From positions 1 to 64,000 of the forward strand of contig ADNK01002821.1 in NCBI GenBank assembly GCA_000320545.1: DNA of 64,000 bases, read 5' to 3'. Source of the DNA: Bigelowiella natans CCMP2755. Its lineage: Eukaryota > Protista > Cercozoa. The translations under genes were made by a program, and so were the position numbers. Shown here in pieces: positions 54,723-64,000 of this stretch; the first letter of the stretch is position 1; each line of letters begins with the position of its first letter. The notes below the pieces were generated by a model, which worked only from the letters and a program-made list of their open reading frames with translations, searched no databases and was not told the origin of the DNA.

Positions 54723-55775
54723 AAGAAACAGAGTTAAATCCGGAGAACTTGCAGTGAAAATTGCAATTGAGTGAAAATCATAAACGATAATAATACCCAC
54801 CACGGTACAGTACCGCGTGTGTTTGTGTGTGTTTGTGTGCGTGTCGATCACAATCGAACTTACCGGCTATTTTAGAAAGATGTTCATAATAACGAGTGCA
54901 AGCAGTGTGTAAGAGACACATGCGTGCATGTGCGTGTCGTGCAAATCTCTGGCCGCCACAATGATCATCACATGCTACATGCAGTACGCTAGCAGCACGG
55001 CTAGCTACACGGCGCGGCGGGCTAGCGGGTCTGCGGCGAACCTGACCTAATATAAATGCTGCTAAAGCATGCAGCATGTACAGTACGTGATGATGTTCAG
55101 TGCATACGCGCATGCACACAGCTCCGCCACGCATGATCGATAGCATGCATGTATATACGTCGCAAACATGTGCATGCATGCATACGTATATATGAGACGG
55201 ATGTAATGAAGAATTAAATTTTTTCAATGGTCATCCTGATGTAGCTGCATATGTGCAATGCATACGTATATATGCATATATAAATCGGCTAACCTAGGCG
55301 GAATGTACGATTTCCTCAGTGGACAATGTATGCATAGCAGTGCTGACTCTCTAACTTGCTGCTCTTCATACGCGTACAATCTCCGCTAGCCTGCTCTATC
55401 ATCTCTACTATGTCGTGCACGTAGCTACATACAGGTGTGTAGGCCACATCGTAGCCATGCGTGGCGGCAATTTTGTATGGCTCGTTTGATCGGACGTGCC
55501 GACATGTCATGCATGCAGAACATAGCGTTTAGCGTGCAGGCTTGGCATCGCTGTACATACGGGAATTCCAACGCGATGATCAGGATCCGCACCTTGGCGG
55601 AACGAAAATAAAATGACTGATGACTCAACGTATGGAGCTACATGTTTCCATCATCATATCACACATGCCGACAACCAATTGAGTACTTGCTACAGGCATA
55701 CCCTCGGTTTGTGATTTTATATGTCAATGGCCATGAGGTTATAACACTCGCGCCGTCCTTAGATCCCGCCATGTT

Positions 55776-55944
55776 TTAACGAAACTTGGTCTCGTCGACG
55801 ACACCTTCTGGCCACTTTCTCATTGTAGCATTGCCAACCTGTAAAGCGCCGCGTAGAATGAATGAGCGACAAACATACGTGCGCGTGGTGGTCATTAAGA
55901 GTCGCGACCGACGGTAAACTTTTATTCTCTCTCTCTCTCTCTCA

Positions 55945-56015
<71 letters not shown>

Positions 56016-56396
56016 TACAATATCTATATATTATGTAACGTACATACTTACATACACCAAGAGGCCATTACCATGATATCCACGGTTTTCTTCAGCCTCC
56101 AGAACACATTGTGTTTCACGTAAGGCACGCCGTATTTCTTGCAGATAGCTTCACACTCAGGCTGCGCTTTCTGATAAGAGCGCATGGAGAGGTGTGGCCA
56201 TGCATGGTGCTCAATCTGGTAGTTCAGCCATCCGTGCCATAGATCGACCTGTCGAGAGAGGGGGGGGGGGAGGGGCGGGGGGCGGAGAAAGGTTTTTAGC
56301 AAATAGAACGCTTGAGCAACGTGTATGAAGAGAGAAGATAGTTGTTTTGAGCTGAATACTCGAGTAACACTCGACTAGGTAAATGTATTTTCTCGA

Positions 56397-56465
<69 letters not shown>

Positions 56466-57099
56466 AGAGTGTTCTTTTCAGTACAAAATCTGTGCCGGAG
56501 GAGAAGTTGGCAGAGCTCACGACAGCACGGAGGAAGAAGGTTGCAGTGTTAGCACGGCACCCGGTCTTGAATCTGTAAAGGTCATCTCCTGCGAAAGATA
56601 GGTCAAGCAACAATAAAGACGGCGGACGGCGCTGGGAAGCAGGGGCAATCGTACGTACCTGCATGGTTGGTGACGATGGCGATGAACGCGTGGATGTTCG
56701 TCACGATATCCGCAAGGACCTACATGCCAACCAGGGAATGACGACGAGTGAGAACGAATGCCGGTAAAGGAAAACTGAGTGTCATCTCTAGCAGAGAAGG
56801 AGAGGGGGGGAGAGGGGGAGGGGGAGGCCTGTTTCTACCAGGTTGATGAGAGCATATTTGTAGCGCTGGGCTCCGAAGAGGAGGTAGATCGGTAGCGGCA
56901 TGAGGATGAAGTTGTACACCAACTGATGATGGCGACAACGATGATGATAATGAAGAAGAAGGGGGGAGGGGAACGAGGAGATTGAGATCAGAATGTCTGC
57001 ATCGAGCAGGGAGTGGGCTTTACTACTTGATACACGTAAATCTACTACTAGATTAGTCTCCTCATCGGAAACACATCTACTCCAACTAAAAGCTTTGTC

Positions 57100-57130
<31 letters not shown>

Positions 57131-57487
57131 TCTCTCCCTAAAGTAATACCATGGGGCCGACGATGCGGAGCACGAATTCGGAAGCTGTAACCCATGGAAT
57201 TCTCCCAGTGAAAAGGGCTTTGACAGTGAGAATGTCCTCCTGTTGGGCCTCAATCTGCTTTGTCATCTTGCCGTCGCGGCGGAGCTCAGCGAATTTCAGC
57301 TGCTTGTATCTACGACAGTGAGCGTAAGCAAGGAGGATGAAGGGAGGGGGAGGGAGAGTGCGTGAGTTATTTTGGATGTACTCTCTTTTTGGCCAGCGCC
57401 TATTAATTAGGTACTTCAACATTGATCGCAGTCTCTCCGTCTTCCCCTTCCCCCGCCCACACACGCACACACACACGCACACACACA

Positions 57488-57526
<39 letters not shown>

Positions 57527-57908
57527 TCTCTATCTGCATGCAGTGAATGAGTGAGTGAGTGAGTGTGTGTGTGTATGTGCAAAGAAAATACGTGTTGGGG
57601 GCATAGTAGAACCACTTCCAGGTCATCATGAAGAATCCGACAGTCTAAGAGCAATTAGCAGTGGTAGTAGTGAGAGTTTGCTGCGGCGAGGAGAGCAGCG
57701 CGACGGGTGAATATGGCGTCATCATCATAGAGAGCGGCGGAGGGCTTTGCTCCTTACTTACCGCGTACTTAATCAAGAGAGGCGTGTCGGATTCACGAAG
57801 ATCTGACAGGTTGCGCTCCACCAGGTCAGGATCCGCCTGGCGAGGATGGATGCATGGATGGGAGGGGGGGAGGGTGACAACAACGACAATCATCAAGGTG
57901 GTCGACAG

Positions 57909-57942
<34 letters not shown>

Positions 57943-59399
57943 AATGATGATAATTACTGCGGTGATACAGATGATTAAGACCAATCTTGAACCCAGGTCA
58001 CAATCTCCATCTCATCTCCCACACTCCCTCCCCCCCTTCACCCCCCTGACAGTGTCTCACGTGGTTTTTCAATTGGTATATCTTACGTCCTCTCCTAGCT
58101 TGTAGTGGTGCGTACGGTTATGTTCCATGTCCCAGGCCTGAGGAAGGGGAAGAGAGATGCAGGTGGAAGGGGGGGGGGGGGTTGTTAAGAAAGGCGGCTT
58201 TGATAATCACCTCCTTTTCCACACATCCGCACTCGGTATCATTATCATCAACTAACACGAAGAAGGACCTCAGGCAGCATGTAGTCCATCCAGTCGATGG
58301 TGCGTCTGTACAGCGTCCCCCACGCAAACTTAAACCTGCACACAAACACGCCCCCGGAATCACTGAATGACGCAAAACACACAAGCGCGCGCACACGACA
58401 GACGCACCACTACTGCACTTCGACTACAACACGTACAACACGCATTATAGTAGAGAAAGGCAAGGGTTGTTGAAGCAGCTGGGGAATTTTGGAGGTCATG
58501 TAGCATATTCTTGAGTCGTAGAGGTGATATTTACCGCTTGTAGGTGCTAGGACCGCCAACAGCTTTCGCAGTTTTGACGTTCTCATAGCCTCCGTGGCAG
58601 GTGTGGTGGCCGATCATGGTCCTGTGTGTGCAGATGATGGGTTTAGGCCCGGAGGAGGAGGAGTGTAAGTGTACACATGCTTCTGTGGAAAGACAGACGT
58701 GTGCAAAGGATGTGTGTGTGTGTGATGAGCCAATTTTGTTTTTCCTAACTTCCTACGCTCCTGGAAAATCTCCCTTCGCAGATGCGTACATTTATGGGCA
58801 AAATGCCGATAATACTCACCATCTCATGAAGATTCCAAGACTGAGCATCATCACCGTGAAAGGGTTGGGATACATCCAAAGGGTGGTCAAGCCCAGCAGA
58901 GTGAATGCGCGGCTCCAGTTGACCATCTTAGCCAGATGTGCAGCATCTTCCACTCCTAAGAGGAGATTCGGGAGAAAAGTCACAGAGTCAGAAAATCAAG
59001 ATTGTATTGAAGTTGATATATCGTTAATATGGATGTGGTGGTGGATGGAGTGCTTGCAATCATTGATATCATCATCTTCTTCCTGACCCTGCTGCTTGTA
59101 GAGGCGGTCTCCAAGCTCCTTCATTTCCTTTCCAAACCCATCCAAGTCTAGTTTCTGCACGTACATCCGAATGAATGACTAGAGTAATATCACGTCTCTC
59201 CAATGTCCAGTTCTCCTTCTCCTTTTATTTTTTGGTGGAATCTAACTCTGAATCGATCTGACTCCCATCCCCATCTTCCCCACATCGTTAACGGATAAAT
59301 GGTGTGGGTGGTTTTAATTTCGATGAAGGGAAAAGGGAAGGAAACAACCTGGATCCATAGATCTTGCTTTGCAAGCTTCTGATTTTGAGGTTTGCACAT
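55776..59399 (-). CDS. Membrane fatty-acid desaturase without fused cytochrome b5
   Basis: His boxes IGHHTCHGGY, WDMEHNRTHHYKLGE and NYQIEHHAWP. Also DPDLVERNL, VTNHAGDDLY and ICKKYGVPY. N-terminus MCKPQNQKLAKQDLWIQ|KLDLDGFGKEMKELG. Confidence 0.92.
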
Positions 59400-59432
59400 G
59401 ATCGATCCCGCAAGTACAAGCTGCTATAATCT

Positions 59433-59477
<45 letters not shown>

Positions 59478-60502
59478 AAGAGCAGCAGCAGCAGCAGCAG
59501 CAGCACACCAACAACATATCATCACACTTTCGTCAGTGAAAATGTTTTGATTGTGCAAGCTATGGCTCAACACTCAAACTGTTCGCATTTTAGCCCTGCA
59601 AGGAAGTCTCTTTCTTTGGGACATAATGCATGGAAGATGACGTGACGTGCGAAAAACCGGGGACGGAATGCAACATAGCATTTTCGTTATGCCAAAATCT
59701 GTTTTATCATGCCTCAGCGACAGAAGTTCTCATTTGCGAAATCAGCATGGCCGACAAGTTCTAGGGTTTGGCAAGCAGGCAGCCATGTGGGGAATAAGTC
59801 TCTTTGCGACGGAAGGAAGGCGGGATTTTCACAATGTTGAAGTTAACCAACAGCTACACTTCTACCAAAGCTGCAGCCCTACTTATAACGGAGTACTTTA
59901 CCTCGGACGGCAAGAGGCGGAGAGCAACGTGGAATGGGTGTCAGCCAGATGAGATGATGCCTGCAGCGGTGACAATCGTTCCAGTGCGTGGATCTCGGCC
60001 GAGAAAGTCACAATCGGTCCATGATGTAAGGCATTTTATACAAAAGACATCACCATTCTTATGTCTTATTTATGTAAGGCCAAATTACAGCCACGTAGTA
60101 CTACATCTCTTGAAGCTGACAACGAACTTGAGGGAAATGTGCCGCATGATTTTTCCTAACGTCTTATTTCGTTTCAAGTCGCAGGGAGAAGAATCGGGCT
60201 GTTTATCTTTTCTGAGAAGAAAATCGCGACCGGGCACAAGCCACACGATCCGGCTGTGGCTTGAAATCCGTCATTGCTTGTCACATGGAAACAAAGGCCT
60301 TCCTTTTCCAGATTCGACAAGATATTTAGGGTTAGTGTTCGACAATACGATGCTCGATGGATTTCAGGATTTCACTCGAAAAACATCTGAATTTTTTTGG
60401 TTGGTTTCAATCCCTGAGACAACCAGAAGAACTCGCAGAGTTCCTTCGATCTAGCCGGCAGGGTAACAACGGGTATTTTCTGTGTTTTGATGACAATATA
60501 AC

Positions 60503-61706
60503 ATGTCGCATATCGTATATCACCTGATATATTCGTATATCTTTTTCCTAAATATCCTCAGACCCCAGCACAGTTGCCCCTTCCACCGGCGTTAGCCGTC
60601 TGTTGTTCATGCGTTAAGAAGGGGTTAGGAAGTCGATGGAAGTCTAATTGGAGTCTCGGGGAATTTTCCGAAGTGGTACAGAAAGCTCCGAGAGCTTGTG
60701 CGGAAGCATGCCTGCATGAGCCACATCCGCAATTCTCCAGTGAGAATCGCGAATTATGATATAACCCGATGACTGCTGGCAGGTGGAAAGCAAGATGGAC
60801 AAAAAGAAGTATGCTGTTTCCGCTGTGCCGGAGTTGTATTTCTTCTGGCGATTAGCTACCTCCACTGCTTTCACATTCATTGGCTTTCGAGGGATGTACA
60901 AAGGTGAGATAGCCTAAGTAATGCGGTCCAAATCCTTACTGCCTCGGCAGTTTGATTTTCCATGCAATCTCGACTGATTCCCTGTTATATTTAGCATATG
61001 AACCCGTTCTTCAATCAAAATGGTCTGGACGGGATTCCATGCTTCATCAGCGACAATCTTTTATCCCAGCTATGAACTGGCGTGTGGATATTCCCAAAGC
61101 TCATCTTGGCGATTATACAACAGACGATTTCATGCTGTTCTTCCTTGCAATACTATTTCTTGATATAGTGTTGCACAAGGCTTTCTACAAGGCTACTGTG
61201 CCTTTCTCGCTCCTGATTCACCACATTATCGCTGCTGGAATTGTTGTAACACTTCGGTTTCTCAACTACGGGTTGAGTTAACATAAGTTTAAAATTCAAA
61301 TGTAAATGATAAATGTAAAAATTCGTTTTTCTCCGACTTAATTAGGTATGGATATATGTATATGACCTGGTCAACAGAGTGCTATCCAGCGATCAGCAAC
61401 TGGGAGCATTTAGGGCGGGCATTTGTTCTCAATAATTACGGAGACGAGAATCCGATGATCCTACGCCTTTATCAATTTAAGGGCAGACTTACACATTTTT
61501 TCTGTTTGCTGACAATACTAATGATAAGAACTCCTATTTGGAGTTTCATCGTGTATAAAGGATGGACAAACCCAAAAGGATGGGTTTTCTGCAAGCTAGG
61601 AGGATTCTACGCCTTCTACCTAGATTTCAACTGGGCTCGGTATCATGTAAAGAGACTTAAGGAAAATAGGAATGAAAAAGAAGCCCAGAAACTTAAAGCT
61701 TCATAA
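60503..61706 (+). CDS. TLC (TRAM/LAG1/CLN8)-domain-like membrane protein
   Basis: FLAILFLDIV...LLIHHIIAAG, TWSTECYPAISN, LTILMIRTP, YLDFNWARY and a Lys-rich tail ending KLKAS. The 5' exons are uncertain. Confidence 0.65.
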
Positions 61707-61855
61707 TTAAAGAGGTATTGCAAATAGAATCATTCGCATGTGGAGATTTGGAGCCAACATTTGCATTTGCTGCGATCATCCCATGCTTACTACCCGCGCT
61801 TTTAGCATACGGCCATGCACTGGCTATGACAGGCAGCGAGGCTATGCACATGTCC

Positions 61856-61905
61856 ATTAAAACATAGAAAGTGCTTGATTAAACATAGAAAGTGCTTCAT
61901 TAAAA
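61856..61905. repeat. ~21-bp tandem duplication
   Basis: aaacatagaaagtgctt(g/c)att occurs twice. Confidence 0.9.
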
Positions 61906-62591
61906 TATTAAAGAAAATCCTATTAATATCGTGGTGCAGCGCAGCTATCTAGCTATTATAATGCTTACCTGTACCCACGGCACGTATATGCAGCACGTAT
62001 CTTGCTGCAATAAGCCCATCATGCATGGTCGATCTTGCACAATAGAGGACACAGTGATGATTACAATTGCATGATATATGTGTATATATACAAGTACGTG
62101 TATGTATGTATTGTAACATAATATTTCACCAAAAACTATTATACTATGCATATTATATACATTACGTTGTATATACATATTATGCACGGCGGCACTGCCG
62201 GCAGCGGTAGCTATGCTAGTATCCATCAGGCCGTCATGCATGAACAAAATGCGATGCGAGTATATCACATAAAGGTAGCATGGACACACAGTTCTAAAAG
62301 CGCACCTCTACGATGAGCAGCACGTGTGCACCGCAAATGGCATGCCTGCAATACATACTGGCGAGAAATTGAAAGAGTGAATGCTATTCTACTTGTTTCC
62401 GGGGAGACAGCTAACTGCGGGCGCTACTGCGTCAGACATAATGCTTACATGTTAAAGGTATTTAGAAATAGAACACACGACAAATGTAGTATTTTTTGCT
62501 GCCCTTGAAGATAACTGAAATAACAAAGAGGAACAGTGTACTACGGGAAACTCTGATTAATTGGGATATGTACGTTTCCGAACCTGGTGGT

Positions 62592-64000
62592 TTATTTTTT
62601 CTTGCCAGCCCTTCGCTTTCCACCTCCACTTTTAGAAGCTTTAATAACCTTTAATAAAATATTTTGTTCTATGATGAATCCTTGTCTCGAACGAGAAATA
62701 TTCAGCGAAAATTCGAAGTTGCGCCTATAGTTCTCTCTTATCCCCTTTCTCCCCACTTTCTTTTCTTTCTCAGTCTTTCATTATCCATTTTTTTTGCATA
62801 AGATATGCATGCCCATGAATAGACAGTTAAATGTTAGATAATATGATATATGCGAGTTTAGTTTTTACATAATTGTGCGCTATCCTGTGTCCTTGCTAGT
62901 GTAATAGCTAATATGTTGTGTATATGTGTACGTGTTTGCGGGAAAATGTTGGAGGGTACCCTCGTTTCGATATTGAGAATACTAGTCTCGGTTTCCGCCT
63001 TCTCATCGTATCCATAGTATTCACCTCACAAACAAATAATGTTTCTTAGGGAGCTTTGAAAAAAGATTGAAAGAATAAATACCATCCTCAAAGTCGATGT
63101 CGTCAACACATTCTCCAGAGGGCGTCTCTGCCGTGAAACCCTCAGCGTGGACAATCCAATCTGTGATCTGCACGTTATCCCAGCGAAAAAGAATCAATGA
63201 ATATACTCAATGCACATGAATAAATATCGTTCAGAAATGCTGATCATGGTCATGGTACAATCATCACTTATCTAAGGGCGCGCACCTCCAACCCACGACA
63301 GTCGAGATAGGCGTACGTCTTCCAGTCGGTCTTTTTTGGGGGGGGCAAATTAAATAAATGAATGAAAATGGCACAAGAGTCAGCAAATCAAACTGCTTAG
63401 ATTCTAAAGATTGGTGTGCATCCTTTCTATTTAACATCTCTACATCTCTTACATCCTTCTGCTCGTAATCTGGATATTCTTTTCCTTCGAACTTTATGCT
63501 GGTGTAGAAAAATAAAAATAAATCCCATGCGAGTTGACATTTAAGAAGCTGAAAATCGCCGTGGCAAAATGGGCAGGGAACGGACGGGGCATTGGTTTTG
63601 CTTTGCTTACGTGGCATGCTGCTTCGATCCTTTCGGCTTGATAATAAGGTTGACCTAATACGGACAATAGCATGAGGAAAAGAAAGGAACGAGATGCCTA
63701 TGGATCATGATCATCTAGAAATTTCTCCAGACGGAAACAGGCCTCCTGACACTCTCCGGAAATACGGACAAAAACAACTTGCCCTCCCTCGGGGGAAAAT
63801 CATCGGTGGAATGAAGGTATTGATAAATTTGGACAAAGAATTTTTACAACATCTTTGTATACCGTTCCTTTAGAACCTGGAACGTCCACCTCCTGATGAT
63901 TCAATGTTTGAGAACACGGGACAGTTTACGTTAAAATAGAATCTAAACGATGAAGTGGTGCAACTCTAGACACCTCTTTTCGATCAACCCAGATGTTCTC
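62592..64000 (-). CDS. DUF866/CZIB (C1orf123) family protein, 5' end outside window
   Basis: Spliced ENIWVDRKE|EVDVPGSKGT|VNLIIK...EGFTAETPSGECVDDIDFED|GEYYGYDEKAETETSILNIETR|VIKASK...KKK* follows the DUF866 pattern. Confidence 0.8.

Noticed and set aside
59804-60454. 216-aa ORF between the desaturase and TLC genes
   Set aside because: It has a TTG start, no recognisable motif or splice structure, and lies in a divergent promoter gap.

Overview
This is intron-rich eukaryotic nuclear DNA with GT-AG introns, microsatellites and homopolymer tracts. It most likely comes from a chlorarachniophyte alga. That is an inference from a green-algal-type plastid bL21 gene carrying a signal peptide plus transit peptide. 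About 20 genes can be traced: a double FKBP-TPR protein, an ankyrin gene built from a 239-bp exon+intron tandem array, a lipase-3/coiled-coil/SAM fusion, plastid RPL21, an intronless ankyrin protein, a Na+/Pi cotransporter, a U-box protein, MIOX, a GDA1/CD39 apyrase, TIM9, MCM6, a fatty-acid desaturase, a TLC protein, DUF866/CZIB and several hypotheticals. Three observations stand out. (1) A 1.6-kb decayed-gene island (2958-4597) has only 4 TpA dinucleotides while keeping CpG, and weaker patches elsewhere mostly retain TpA as CTAG. This suggests a TpA-directed A-to-G hypermutation process, like RIP but in the opposite direction. (2) Gene strands alternate almost strictly, and the convergent gaps are filled with a distinctive purine/pyrimidine-alternating spacer. 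(3) The ankyrin array has one repeat per exon and includes mosaic units. Exon boundaries and counts were read by eye and are approximate.
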